DNA of 64,000 nt from Botryllus schlosseri (GCA_051294905.1 CM119384.1:6138001-6202000); one strand, 5' to 3'; counted from the stretch's first letter, positions 12,800-27,317 are shown. Made by a program: numbers and translations. The notes: a model not told the origin generated them from the sequence alone.

Positions 12800-15700
12800 T
12801 TTCCTTACTTAATATCTTTAATGTATGAGAACAGCACTGAACTCTGGCTATGACCCGATACACTATTTTGTCTTCTCCACTAGAAGTTGACTGCTACGAA
12901 ACATACATATGTATATAAGAAATATTTACTTCTTTCCTGAAGCCAGCTGCTCTGGGAGAATATTATGTCAATTCATGGATATTCTCTCAAATTACATTCC
13001 GGGATTTCTTTTGCTTTTTGTTGTTAGCGTAGTGCTTATCGTATTTCTCTATGCCGAAAGAACCCGTCGTTAGCTGTCATTATAAATATATCCGTTTGAC
13101 AAGTTAGGGTTTGTGAAAAGAGTTTGAATAGTTTTGGCGTTTGATAGCCAAACATCAATCAGAAACATTCTATATGTGGCATATAGGCAGCGCCCGAGAA
13201 CCCAAAAAGTCCAAAACAATTTTGAACAATTTTGGCAATGAACTATTTCACGTCATTTATGCCGATTTTCACTTGACTCTGTCCATTATCCTAGCTATAG
13301 AGGCTGTGAAGGAGGACGAATTGCCAAAAAGGAGGACATATGGGCGTCCTCGGAGGACATTTTCAATTTCCTTAAAAAGCAGGACTAATCCTCCTAAATG
13401 AGGACGTATATGGCAACCCTCAACATGCCAGTATTCAATATAGCAAATTTCACAGGATCGCCCTATTTTTCTTGCCTTGTCGCAACGTAGAAATGATTGC
13501 ATCATCGTTTACGTATATTTTATATGAAATGGTATGTCAGTTTTTCATATATTTTCATACCATTAGCAATCGTTGTAAATTCTAAGCAATAGCCTAAGCA
13601 GAGTTAATGGAAAAAGTCAATGAATACCAAATAGGTTTCTGTCTCTAACTCCCTCGTATAGGCCAAATTAATATTTTGCAAACGATGCAACGTGACCAGA
13701 AAGAAAGGTAATCACGATCCGTTTTAGAAGGCGGAACAGGAGTAAGATATCTTCGAATTTGTGTTGTATGACTGAATCTGGATTCAAAAACACTTCGGTT
13801 GCAGGTTTATGACTATAGCAGGATTCTGCGATGCAGGATTTTTCGTTGTAGCGGGATTTTTTCGGAATCTGAATTTCGGACATCTAGCGGCTAGAGCCGC
13901 TGCTAGACATGTAAGGATGTGGTTTTTCGGGATCCGAATCCAATCGTCACATAATATTTTAATCGCATTGTACATTGAAATCCTGATCCTTTCCAGATCC
14001 CGTCTTCTTCTGTTAAAATCCGGATAAAAAGGTTCAACAAATGCAGCATTTCCGTATCAGTATCAGCATCTATTGCCCCTTTCGTCGATTTTTTATATTA
14101 CACCTCGACAATGCATTGATACCTCATCCGCGTCAGCGGTGTCTTATAAAAGCCTAGAGGTGGGCCGTGCTATAAGTCGGCAGTTACGGAAAATAAGAAG
14201 AATATCAGCCTGGTAGTCGACAAACACCATGAATACCTTAAAAACAAACAAACAATACATTGATTGATGATTTGCAGTGGCGTGAAGTTTGATTGAGAAT
14301 TGGAGAACATAGGGTCAATCTTTCTGTCTACTGGTTATGAATAAATGTATGATTAAAACGACCATTGATCGTAGCGCAAAGATTTTAGAAAAGCTAAGCC
14401 TTTCGGACGTAGAAAATGTCTTCCTTGGGTTGGGAAAGTGTTTATATAGCTCAGTGGTTCCAACAGGCTTGAAAAAAAATTATATCATCAGTGAGCCATT
14501 TTTTCAAAGAACCTCGGGTAATCTTTATAGGCAAGATCACACATACCCGGTTCGCACGGCAAATTCGCGCGTAACGCACGTATCGCAATATTCAATTCAT
14601 ACATTCACGACTCGCGATTATACGCGATCACTGTACGGTACGGTAGCCGTGCGACGACCTACCGGGCGTATATTCACACTGCCGCGGTCGTTCAACCACG
14701 GTTACAAGCAGTATACCCTGATTCCATTCCAGTTTGCTATGCCTCTTTTTCAACATATTGATACATGATATAGATATATAAAATCCAGGTGGTTAGTAGT
14801 ACTTTTTCAATTGGTTGTGTTTTATATCACTTCCACGCAACAACATAACTAACCTAGGCTACTTTTTGCACTTTGTATTTGGAATATTTGCTCCTATTTG
14901 TGGTGTCACAGGTCAGTTTGCGGTAATCACCAAGATGCACCCTGCAATTTCAAAGTGACCACTTCTGCTAAAAGTATTCGAGCCTTCAACCAAATCTACT
15001 ATTTAAAACTATTTGATCACCTTTCATTTCTTCATTTCCTACAATTGAAATAGTTTTCACGTGTCTCTGAAATTGCTAATTCTACTTGAAGGCGAGTAAA
15101 ACTTTACAGCAATACTAATGTATGAGTAGCAACGCTGAATATTCTGACCGCCTTGGATAAATAGTCACCTATTCCTGATCATTCCAAGAAATCTAGTGTG
15201 CCTTACCAAACAGAATTGAAATTTCAATCATGTTATGCAAAGAAATTATGAACAATATAATGAAATGCTTACACTTGAAAGCAACATCTGCAAATACAGA
15301 ATTGAATAATTGAATGAATACTAAAAAATGCATGCATTTGAAGAAAGAAACAAGAATAACATGTAGTACCACGGTACCAATTAAATCGATTCAGAAATAA
15401 TCATAATAGACAAAACAGTATGCAAGAAATAACAGTGCTAGTTTTCTATACTAGTTCTTGTCATCATAAACTTGGAAAATTTTGCATAATGTCCTTCATC
15501 ATTGCCGCAGCACGCAAAAGAATACCCGTGACAAATCAAAGCACCGTAATCTATCAATAGACGTGCATATCTCAGTGTGTCCAGCAAAAATTCGTCAGCA
15601 TATGTACCACAGCAAATTACAACAACTAATGATGTTCTTCAGCTCCATCATCGCAGTCTGTTGACACACTGCGCGATCAAGTTAGGCTACTGCTTGTAAT

Positions 15701-16019
15701 TCGGCTATTGCACAGCATCTTTTATCCCATCCTGAATGTGATAATCATTACAATTACAGTCAATTTTCTCTAGTTGCTCGTGGCCGTTCACTTTTTCATT
15801 TGAATGTCCCGGAATCTGCGATCATATAGCTGCGAAAGCCGATTATCTGTCGTCAGAACGAACGCCTCTACAATGTTGGAATATTTCAATGATGTTCTAT
15901 GTTGTCGTTCTTGGTTATTCATGACCGAATATGTACGCGTTAACGTTTGTTATGTATCGTTACTCGTGATGCAATGCATAAACCAGCTGAGCCAATTTCA
16001 TACAAAAAATCTAAAATGA

Positions 16020-16932
16020 TGTGTTGATCCGGAACCGGCACTCGGAAAATCGTACCGGATTGCTGTCCGAGTAGAGTCCGAAATCGTGATCCTGCACATC
16101 TGTATCAGTAATGAGCATCGGAACGGAGTCGGAGTGGATTCGGAGCGGAGTTGCCGATTTTGTGACAGTAGGAGCGGAGTCGGAGTTTACTACAGATATT
16201 TTTCGGAGAATTTCGGAGTATTGTAACTTTTGTCTCCGATATCTTTGCATAACTCTGACCAGAATACACTAACGACTATGATTACAAACCAAAACACAGA
16301 CAGTTGACACCTTGTAAAGTTGTAATATTACGGGTAACATGCAAAAATGATTGGCAAGTACATAAAAACCAGCAATCTGCACTGGAGAGTATATACAATA
16401 GGCTACTATGGGATGAAGCCAATCATGTTATCACATTTATTTAGTAAGTCACATTACCAAGTGTACCATGCTTGCCACTCTAATGATATGGTTAAAATGG
16501 TATGATTGACCACGAGCTATCAACCTAGTGATCTAGCACGACATTTTCGTTGAGCATCGTCTGTATAGTTAATTATGCAGGGTTACCATACGTCCTACGG
16601 GGATTTGTCCTCTATTTTGACTTTTTTGAAAGCGTCCTCGGAGGACGCCCTTTTGTCCTCTTTTTTGAGATTTTGTCCTCTTTTATGAAAATTTAGATCA
16701 TATTTAGAGCAAAATGCGAGTGATATGCCGTAAATTAGCACAGCAGTGACGCTCAAACGGTATTTTGAGCTCTGAGATTTCCAAAATATGGTAAGCCTAT
16801 AATTATGTAACTTCGGATACTTGACGAGATTCATCGGAGTATCTCGGAGTCTGGGAGTGAGCTCTTCGGAGTCGGAAGGAGTTTTCCTCAGACACTAAAG
16901 TTGTCGGAGGGATTCGGAGTCTCGAAAAGCAC
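16020..16932. repeat. MITE-like segment rich in tcggagt subrepeats, interrupted by the 16578-16799 element
   Basis: Clusters of cggagt/tcggag at 16120-16220 and 16830-16925. Ends not resolved. Confidence 0.4.
16578..16799. mobile_element. hAT MITE (same family as 56115-57270)
   Basis: Ends cagggttaccata / tatggtaagccta; perfect 8-bp TSD taattatg. Confidence 0.85.
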
Positions 16933-17180
16933 TATCCGCTCATCACTGATCTGTATTAGACGGTGCAGGATGAAATGTGACGGTTTCGCCACCGCTAGCT
17001 GGCCTCAGCATCGAAGCTGTGTGAACTCTGAACTGGCGTTGTGCATTTTGTTTATGTTTGGCGCGACTGACAAATTGGGCTGTCTTGTATACAGCAGGTA
17101 AGATAGCATTAATATAGCCATATTGTATGCGTCGCTGATGTATGCTAAGTAATCCACGCTCCTGAAATGTTTTTCGAGGT

Positions 17181-20100
17181 ATGGGGGACACGCAGTATAT
17201 GAAGTTTGTCTCTCAGAAGATTAGTAAAGTGCGATTCAGGCCATCCAGATCTACATTGCAGAAGTCGGACATTTTCGTGTCTGGAAGTTGGGAGAATCGG
17301 GTATGGAAAAAAGCAGGGCGATGTTATCAACCGTGTTAATGTGTCAAATTGAAATTGTTTGAATCTTGTTGATATTTTTCAGAAAAACAGCATTGATGTC
17401 TGGCTCGCGGCTGAGATACCGAAAAAAGAAGATGATGATTTTGATGTGGAAATATTGAAAAGTTTGCATAGATTGAAAGTGCCAGGTACTGTACGTTCGT
17501 ATCTAATCTATGGATGCTTACTTGGTATGGTATGTATGGGCAAAAATATCTTACGTAGCCATGGTACACCCTCAGATATTTTCCAAAATTCGTTTGAAAA
17601 ATGGTCTCCAAAATTATCACTGGAACACATTCAAAATGGATTCAAAACCTGGAAATCTGCCTTGTTACGAACATCCGCAGCGCAGTAATACAATGCACTA
17701 TAGATGTCAAGCACTTAATGATTGTTTTCTATTGACCAGTGTTTCTCCCTACACTACTGTTGTGTCATGTTGGACATTGCCGTGCTCGGGCACATAACAT
17801 ATGTCACTCATTACATAACTCGTGCGTACATCACTGCATTCCTTACCACTATGCTTGACCATTATATTTGTAATGTCATACGTATGTGCACCAGCCCTGT
17901 TCGGAGGCGTATGATTTCTGCATTGATGTTAAACAACATGTTTTAGGTCCTCCACCCATACAACTCATATATTTCAACCGCACAATGACCTGTCAACACA
18001 ATGACCTGTCTGCACTTGACCGATAAAAAATACCATCTTCTCTCGTTCATTTTGTACCAATCTATTTTCCAGCAAGTGTTGGCGACATCACATTTGTGGA
18101 CAGCGACAATATACTAGCTGGTCTGGAAAACGGAGACGTCTACCTTCTAAGTTATAACGCTGTCAACGAAGTAAGAATGATTTGTGCGGCATATCTAGTC
18201 GAATCGTCTAAGATCAATGTTTTTGAAAGATACTATAGTCTCCTGTGTATTAACCCAGGTGTGTTTAATTTTTCTCTGAAAATAGGTTAGTCTGATTGAG
18301 ATGAGTATGAAATTTCAGTGATTTTGGTGCCACCGGCGTTTACCAGCTATAGATTTATTTCATTTTGCAGAGTTTGATAGTTCAACAAAAGTGGGATGGG
18401 GTGCACCATGTCCTTGGAAGCGGTTCACCTTGCACCGGAATTGATACAAACATGGCCGACGCGGTCACTGTTGGAGAGGATGGAAGTATAAATGTGTTAA
18501 GAATGGGACACAACGCGCCTATCCGCAGGATAGGTAAATGGCCTTTAGTTATTATTTGTACCGTTTTGAAACCTTTTCAGTGATGAATTGTTGCTGTTTA
18601 GCACAACCGACAATATTTTACCAAGTGTTGTTGATGTTCATAAGTCAACAACATGACCCCAGAGGTGGTCAAAGTAGTTGGTGTTGCTGCTCAATTAGAG
18701 GTGGGTAAATGGCACTTTGAATATCTACTCCATCTCAAGTAGAAGTAGCAATATCAAATACAGTCAACGCTGTTTCAACTAGAAAAAGAAAATGAAGATC
18801 TCGAGAGTACTCAACCAAGTAGTTTAAAAAAGTAGGTTATATTCAATGGCTCAAATATGTTTCGTAATTAACCGGAGGCTGCTACTTCTGAGATGAACTA
18901 CACTATAAACAGGTGCAATTTATGGAAATATATTCTGTTACAGCAGTGGCGGATAACCTGCGGCCGTAGAAGGAAATTCGTGCAGCCGTCGACATGCAAT
19001 TTGAATTTACTATACGAATTGACTCCCGAATTTTTGAGAGATTTTAATTACTCTTGAAATCTTCTTCGCACTGCTCGCGATTCAAATTTTCGAAAATACC
19101 CTCCCGTCAACTCTACCCGTGGATCTGATCATATTACCATCACCTTACTATCACCTTAGAAAGGATAAATGCTTGATGGTAATATGTAAAACTACTAATA
19201 TCAATGAAGAAATTCATTGGTGAATCTGAGAAACACCGCCACGATTACACGCAAGTCCCCTTACCATCCACTAAGTGAGGTTGTCAAAGCGCGATCATAA
19301 CCAATCCCATAGCGTAACCACTCGCGATTTTGATGTGTATAGTAAGCCGAAATCATTATATAGATTGGTCCGCAGTTCACCAGAAATGGTCATTTACAGT
19401 TTAACATGGGTATTCTGCATCGAGCTAGTTCATTACGACTATGCCCTGGAATGCGGCTGTAGGCTACATAATAATCGAAATGCGACTGTGAATAGCAAAA
19501 AGGTTGGCCATAATGACCACAACTGAGTTGCAGTGATACATACAGGGCTCTTTCGCCCAGATGTCATAACAATTTCACACAAAAGTAATGCATGCATTAT
19601 TGCATATACCAAAACTAAGTAGTTTTACCAAGACACTTTGAAGTAGAAGTGAAAGCAGTCTAAAACAACCACTTGGGTAAGGAGTGCAAGTAAGCAAAAC
19701 CTACTTAAGTACCTGGAAAAAGTAAATACTTTGTAACTGCCCACCTCTTCATAACCCTCTGTTACAGATACCTCCGAAAGCTGCCCGATTTCTGGTGTGA
19801 CCTTCAATAAACAAAACGAAGTATGCACGGTCAATCGAATGGGACAGCTGAAGATATTTGATCTTCGTAGCTCCTCGAACGATCCTATCAGAATTGTCGT
19901 GACGTCCGACGACTTGACGCCTTTAGAAGCGATAGCGCGACATCCGACGAGACCTCACTTGCTTGCCACGGGCGGCGGCGATGGCTGCGTCACTCTGTTC
20001 GATACTCGCAAAGAAGTTGCTCCGATTAGCAAATTGCAAATTCATGATATGGAAGGTAATTGCGTGTGGCATAATTTTTGTGAAATAGTAGGATGGTGCG

Positions 20101-23100
20101 GTTCCCAAGAAGCTAGGATCTTGACACGATGTTCATAATGTGTTCCGCGATTGGATATTGTCCCGAATCTAAAGATCAGTGTTGGTCCTTATACCTTGAT
20201 AATGAAGTTGTGCATTGCAATCATTCATTCGCAGAGGTGGTCAGTCTTCATACTCAAGTAGAAGTAACACAGTAAACTTCTCCAAAATTTCAAGTAGAAG
20301 ACCTGTCAAAACTAGCCTACTTCTGAAAGTAGAAATGAGTGTCTAAAAGTAGGATTGGTTGAGGGATAGCATACTTTTATGAGTTTGGAGAAGACTGCCT
20401 TCAAAATCGCAAGATGTATGAAAGTAATGCAAACTTGTCCTAAAACTGCTTTTCAAAATTCAAAGTGCAACATATCCACTACGGTAAGTACTGCAAGTAG
20501 GCATTATCTACTTGAATACATCTAGAAGTAGTCTAAAATAATTGCCATGTGAGGAAGTAGGCAAAACCAGGGTTATAACTACCAAGTCACAAGGTTCCGA
20601 GTCACAAGTCAATCTCACTTTTATAGTTTTGACTCGAGTCATTTTCAATTCACCACCGAGTCAGGTCCAAGTCACGGAGGAGAGTGTCGAGTCCGAGTCA
20701 TTGTGTTGACTGTTCAGTTACGAGTTGATGTCATGTGGAACCCACTTTTTACAACTGTTCTTAGTGATGTCGAATGCGAATATACTAATTGTCCTCATTT
20801 TTAACAGTTTGCGGTAGCATTTTCAAGAACCAGTACTGATAGACGAAATAACGATATTGCGATAACTTTACTATTCTTCGAAATTACAGTGAAATGCCTC
20901 TCTTGTTAGACCCAGTCTCGAGTCATATGACTTGGTCCGAGTCATGCGCGATGACTCGCGTACAAGTCGTGTCAATGCACCAATTGACTCGAGTCACCAA
21001 AAAATCGTGACTCGAGTCTGACTCGCGCCATACCAACCCTGGGCAAAACCTACTTCGCTGTTTAGAATTTAGAAAAAGTAGAAGCGTTTGGTTACTGACG
21101 ACTTCTGGTCGTTACCAGTTGGGCTTGGCAAAATCGAGTACCTGGGTGATTCGATTCTGTATCACTTACTACGCGTCGAGTCGTGTATTCGAGTATCACA
21201 CATTATGACATCACAACAGAATGTACTATGTCAAAGTTCAAATATGCACCTTTTATGCCACCACAAAGAACATAATGCCGGTTATCCGTCACATTAAAGG
21301 TACTTTGGTATATTTTCGACCATTCCGATTTCATTGCACTTGTTGACAATGTTGTGGGATTATCGTGACTTCGGAAATGCGTTATTTCCAGTAACGTTCG
21401 TAGCTCTGCACTATGTCTCGTATGCTGCGACACGGCCAATCAAGGCTTCAAGGCTTACTCAGTTTAAATCAGTGGTTCCCAACCTTTTTGTCTTCATTCC
21501 CCACTTCAGATTTATTCCGAGCCTCCATTCCCCACCAAGACCGAAAACGGGCGAAGCGCGAAAAATTTATATCATTCATGTTTGAATCGGTCAATATGAT
21601 CGGCAACTTCATATATTTTGCTATCAATTTTTCTATCCCCTCTCCGCTCACATAATCAGATTTACCGTTAGAGCTGAGTGATATATGTTGGAAAAGGTAG
21701 GACCCCTAATTATGAATTTAACATCTTCGGGCAGACGCTTTGATATATTGACTTTGTTCCACGATGCTATTTCGTGACCTCAAATATCTGCCATGTCAAA
21801 AGACATGGAAATCGCCAAAACTAAAAGGCACACACGATTTCAAATTGGTATTAATTTACTGGCAAATAATTTGTCCCTGCGGGATGGCATTTGTTCTGTG
21901 GGGTTCAGATCTCCAGGCTAGGAACATTCGGCGCCAGCCATTTAGCCACCTATGGATAATTAAACATATATGAAGATTGTATATATAGCGAGGTTTGCGG
22001 TCACCACAAGGGCATTCCTTCTCGGCCAAGGTCTTCTCGCTGCTGATCGTTCTGGCACACTTCTCGGAGTCCCATGTTACATGGCCTATAACTTCATATG
22101 TCTTGGTGCGTCGTGGCGCAGTAATGGCCGACGCCGAAATCTCCATTTCTATAAATTCTACGTAATTTCGTGGGGAAGGGTACCCAATAATCAAAATATT
22201 AGGCAATATTAAATCGCTCGCCCAGCGCAAACAAAAAAATTGAATAAGTTACATAAATTTCCAAAAAAATCTTGATAGTTTATGTTAATTCACGAAATCA
22301 TTCAGGGCCCCTTCCAGCTCGCCCCCTCAATTTGGGGGTTTGGGGTGCGGCAGTTACGACCCTGCTCCCCACTACCTAACACTTTTGTCATCATAGAGCA
22401 GCTATTTGCTGTTTTGACTACACAAGGCACACAATCACACCAGAACGCAAGACAATCAATCGCCTATAACTGCAACATAAAACGTATTGTGAACCGATAC
22501 CAGTAACGCTCAAAATTTCGCGAAAGCGTTATTTCACTCCAAATTAGTCGTGTTGGATGCCTTTGCGACGCCATGATTGGCCATCCAGAGTTAAAAATGA
22601 GGTTTTATGAACACCGTGCAATATAATTTTCGATACATACATTCCAGAGCAGTTAACTGGTAGCGGTAATTGCGCATGTGTCTCCGTGAATATGAAGACT
22701 GTCCTATAGATAATTTTGAGCAAATGCGTCTATTCCCCACCAGAAACCATTGAATTCCCCACCAGTGGGGAATTCCCCACCGTTTGGGAACCACTGGTTT
22801 AAATAGTATCAAAAGTATAATTCTTGATAGTAAATTAACTTTCAGTGGCGAGGAGCGTATAATTTTAGTACTCGAAAGAATCGTCCTTTACTACTCGACT
22901 CGAATCATTGTGCCCAGCCCTAGTCACCGGCGAACTTGATAATCACCAATACAACTACTATAGCTTCTACTGACCGTACCCTGAAATTTTCAGTTTGGGA
23001 GGTCGCCTTCCATCCATCGTCACCTGACAGCCTGTTCACCTGCTCCGAAGATGGAGCTGTGCGGCGACTGGACCTAACCCGCGAAATCCACAAGCTGTCC

Positions 23101-23250
23101 GAAGCCCCGAACGCCAGCATTTCTCCAGTCGACGTGGTGGAATTGCTGAAATCCGGCGGCGCGGCCGTTAACTCTCTTAGTATTTCCGGAACCACCCTCG
23201 CGTGCGGGACCGATTCTGAGTCCTTGTTTGTTATTGAGAACATTTTGTGA
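17181..23250 (+). CDS. NUP43: Nucleoporin Nup43 (WD40). Six exons: 17181-17300, 17383-17485, 18073-18170, 18371-18533, 19768-20055, 22994-23250 (1029 nt, 342 aa).
   Basis: All GT-AG junctions keep frame. Motifs match Nup43: MKFVSQKISKVRFRP..FVSGSWEN, VTVGEDGSIN, TVNRMGQLKIFDLR, RHPTRPHLLATGGGDG, VWEVAFHPSSPDSLFTCSEDG, LACGTDSESLFV. Confidence 0.92.
18660..19749. mobile_element. hAT MITE of the CAGAGGTGGTCA / aagtag-subrepeat family, in Nup43 intron 4
   Basis: Ends cagaggtggtc / gcccacctctt; flanks catgaccc / cataaccc (7/8). Confidence 0.65.
20232..21107. mobile_element. aagtag-family MITE in Nup43 intron 5, split by the 20568-21041 insertion
   Basis: Left end cagaggtggtcagtc, degenerate right end ttactgacgacttctg, many aagtag/ctactt subrepeats. 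Confidence 0.55.
20568..21041. mobile_element. hAT MITE with gactcgagtc subrepeats
   Basis: Ends cagggtt / aaccctg; perfect 8-bp TSD ggcaaaac. A related fragment lies at ~35295-35420. Confidence 0.85.
21119..22922. mobile_element. Older hAT-like MITE hosting the 21470-22796 insertion
   Basis: Ends ttgggcttggca / tgcccagcccta; flanks gttaccag / gtcaccgg (6/8). Related right ends at ~3020-3070 and ~25790-25848. Confidence 0.5.
21470..22796. mobile_element. Non-autonomous hAT (Buster/Charlie-type) element
   Basis: Ends cagtggttcccaa / ttgggaaccactg; perfect 8-bp TSD gtttaaat. Confidence 0.88.
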
Positions 23251-24534
23251 TGGTCGGGGATTTTCGTTTCGGAGCCTTGGAGCCTGATAATGTTCTTACA
23301 GTACGGTATCGCGGAATCGTATGAAGGCGTGTAATGCCATGTATGTATCGCTGCTTCCCTTGCGAGATTGGGCGATTTGTGCTATGTGAACATGTTTGGC
23401 CTCACTTGACTGCGACCGAAACTTTCGATGCTCTTCAGTCTTCAAGTTAGCCTCTCCCCTCTTTACACAACACATATAATCAGGCGAAGAGTGCACAGGG
23501 CATACTGCATAGATAGACAAGCCCTGGTGTCTCAATGTTGTATCTCATTCTCGGTGACGTCACATTTTCTACATGATACGTTTTGCGCGTGCTGTATTTG
23601 TCTTTTGGTTACTATTCGGTCAGTTGACATCGCATTGCATTGCGACAATAAAACTCACAGGCTGGACAGCGCGCGGCTGTTGAGTGGTCACTTCGGTTAA
23701 ACCGAGTTTATTGGAGTGGTACAGGCCTGCGTTCGCGGTCTATGGAATCAGCATGGTGTCCCGTATGGTGTGGAGACCAGCAAATCTCGCGGCTCACTGC
23801 AGTTGGTCTACGTCTCACTTTCCATTTGGCTAAAGGCAATTTGACGGTAATTTTTGACCAGCTTGCCGAGTATTAAATTTGATAAAACGGGTATCAATCG
23901 AAAGCTGCCGCTGTACTGATTACGAAAATATAAATTAAATTCCGCTCATGGCCCCGGAATCCTCACAATTAGCCTCGCATTTTTTATTGTTATGGAGATT
24001 GACTTTGTGACGCAGCAATGCTGCCTGGCTAAAGGAGACCGCAGATCGGGAGCAAATGAGCCTCTGCTCGGCGAGAGTGAGTGCTCATGCCCAGCTGTCG
24101 TTGCGGCAATGAGCTCGTTTTTCGAAGTGCAATCTCGTCGCAGAGAAACGTTACGCTGTTGAAGTGTTGATACATAGGCGGCAGGCGCTTCGATAGAAGC
24201 GAGCACACATTACCAGCCTTTCCTTGACCTGTAAGGGTAGAAATGGGTTCACAGAATGCATTTGCGCCCTACGACTTTTCGCGCATTCACCTTCAACTTA
24301 TAGATATCTTTCTGTCTAGGTAGCTATATAAATCGGATATGTCATATTATTCTGATATCGATTGGCTTAGCCCGCTTGTTGTGAAGGGCTCCAGAGACAC
24401 GTTGCGCTGTTGATTGCGGGTGTCGGTACTTTCCATAGTCGTTTTGTTAAGTGTGAGCTTGAGCACACAAGTCAGGGATATTGAACTTTCAGCGGTCCTT
24501 CGTGCCGTATTGATTCATGGTTGTTCGATATCAC

Positions 24535-25363
24535 TAGGGCGATGTTTTTTGACATGTCAAAATTTTGTCAAAATTGTAGCGTTAGGTAAAAAAATGACAA
24601 ACTTGTTTACAAAGTCAACATTTCTTTGCAACATGCATTTCGTTTGTATCGTATATCTTTGCACTGTCGGTGATCTTATCATTTCACATTTTGCAGCATG
24701 TAGCCTACTTTACGGGCCTATTGTCTGCTCATTGTGAATCACAAAAAGGTCAAATGAAGCAAATACGTTGACATAGTGCTATGCTTAACTGCTCAACGAA
24801 CCGCAATATCCTAACTGAAGCAAGACTGCGTGGGCATGGGCATTGGTTCTTATATCAAGAAGCGCATGATAACAAATTGTGATGCAGACAACATTTTTAG
24901 AATGAAGCAATATGGTTTGTCACCAGCAGTGTACGCACAACTTCACTGTTGCCAGCCAACAACTGCTGCTGTTGAACGTTCTTTCTCCATTATTTTCAAG
25001 CTACTGAGTGATTCTAGCCGAGAATGTAGAAAAGTATCTTTCGTTGTACTACAACAAATTTTTATTATTTCTACCGTAATGCGTAATGTAACTATTCATG
25101 GGTCCAGATTTCGTTTAAATAATTTTTTTTCATGTAAGAATTTGTCACTTTTTAAGTCAAAAAAGGTTTTTCAGGCCAAACTACTTCCTACAGACAGACA
25201 GTTCTAACCAAAAATGAAGATAAGTAGTACAATTTTAACATTATGTGCGAAAACACCTAATTTTCAAACATGAGGTCAAAATTCAGTTTCTAAGGTCAAA
25301 AAATGTCAAAATCTTGATTTTTTAGGTGTAATCTTCGGTTTTGTAGGTAAAAAAATCACCCTA
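24535..25363. mobile_element. hAT deletion derivative with a transposase C-terminal remnant; same family as 59775-62618
   Basis: Ends tagggcgat / atcacccta, and both terminal regions align with those of 59775-62618 in inverted orientation. Internal ORF fragment QLHCCQPTTAAVERSFSIIFKLL resembles the hAT dimerisation motif PxxSxxxERxFS. Confidence 0.65.
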
Positions 25364-27317
25364 GTGATCATCAAAACCCCCATAGTAATAAAGGTTCGAG
25401 TACCTCAGTGAGTCACTTCTGCATGGGGCATTAGGCGCCAAATTGGGTATTCGAGAATCACTCCTTACGACGTCGCAAGAGTATGAATGAAGTGGTAAGT
25501 ACAAATATCTACATTTTATGCTACCAAAAAGACCATGATGCCACTTTTACATCACAGTAAAAATTATTTGGTATTTTATCGGACGCACCTATTTCATTAC
25601 ACTTCGTGACAATGCTGTGATATGATCACAACTTCACATGTCATTTCCAATAACGTGCGTATAACTTTGTGCTGCACATATCGGATGTTGTTATGCGACC
25701 AATCGAAGGTTTACAGCCTTCCAAAGTGGAAAATAGTAACGAAATTTAATTCTCATTGATAAATTAGTCGCAAGTGGCGTATATCATTGCAGTATTCGAA
25801 AAAAATCATCTTTCACCACTCGGCTCGAATCATTGTGCCCACCCCAGTTATTGGATGTGAATAGCAGGAAATAGTTAGCAATTATTCACTATTTTTTCAT
25901 TACTGTTTCAAACGCAATGGCGTAAATAAGCGTAGCCTAGGATAAAAGGTACACGTTGCGGTAACATAAATTCGTATCGTAGAGGCCCCACTTTGGCGTA
26001 AAATATCGCACCGTACTATTGCAGACGTACCGACCAACTTGCTGGATGAACTGAGTTATTGGATAACTGCGGGTTTAGAGTTGAAGTATACTCCATGCTT
26101 ACGCTGGGATGATGAAGTCGTTGGGTGCTTAGTGATTGAAAAGAGCGTTATTTCCGGGCTAATTACCCATTTGCGTCAAGCGCTGTTTATTGGCGGCGCA
26201 AAATAAACCAGCCCATTCGTGATGTAAGATCCGCTTAATGTGATGGCAGCAAGAAATAGGATGGCGTAGTATGGAACGAAGTTTCAGTAAGGAATATCGA
26301 AATGCAAAAGTATAGTATGGAATGGTCAAATTCGTGCACGAAAAAAATCCATGCTTCCACATTTCCGTACTTTTGTCGGTCCACGATGAATATATGGCAC
26401 TGAAACTCTTGTGTTAGCACCTCTATATTATGTTCTGCGAAAAGCTTACTTGAGTGGTGTTCTGATCCTAGACGCTCGACCTCCATTTCATTGGTGGCGA
26501 GATAGCGAGTCCTAACGAATCGTTTGAGATTTATCTACTCTCCTCTTCGTCAGAATCTGATCCGCATAAGTCTGGAACAAAAGTGTGCCGTGCTAAAAGT
26601 CGGTAGCTCAGAAATCATAATGAACAACATGGGCCCGGTGTAAACTGACGCGACCAATGTTGTCGAAACTAAAACGCAATTTCACGTATCAGGACGAGTG
26701 GAGGTGCCGAGCAGGACTAGTGCGAACTTTCCATCGACGAAAACTGCTATTCACTGACGCAGCGTGCACAGTATTTTGTGGGTCCGCCTATCTCGAATTA
26801 TTGTCTTATTAGTGGCTTGAAAACAATGCAAATGCCTTCACGACTAGCACCGTTCTAGTAAAAATAATGCCACCGATAAAACCGTACCAGCAAACTCCGC
26901 TACACATGCTATTGATAGCGGCGTATAGGCCTATATCTTCCGGAACATATTCTTTAACCAGCCAGGGCCTGGAATTATCGACGCAGTGGTGTTGGTTAAG
27001 TAATATCACGCCCGAAATATTAATATCGGATGCATTCTGCGTGTCAGAAGTGGCATTATATTTATCTCAACGGAAGTATTAAGGAGCGGGGAAAATGTAT
27101 TAAATATCGTATGGAGGAATGTTGGAAGGGTTGCATTAAAAAAAAACGATGTTTTGAAAAACACTTTTTTTAAACATGTTTTAAACAAAGGCCCTTTCAA
27201 GAAAATCAAAATTGCGATTTTTTTAGTCGTAAAATCATGCCATAATTCTGCAAATACTTTCCAAAAAACATGTTGTATAAGCCTACAGACAATTTCCACC
27301 CGATATAGCCGACGTAT

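Noticed and set aside
14337-14768. 143-aa ORF, and similarly 27006-27449
   Set aside because: They span repeat fragments or low-complexity DNA, with no splice context or protein motifs.
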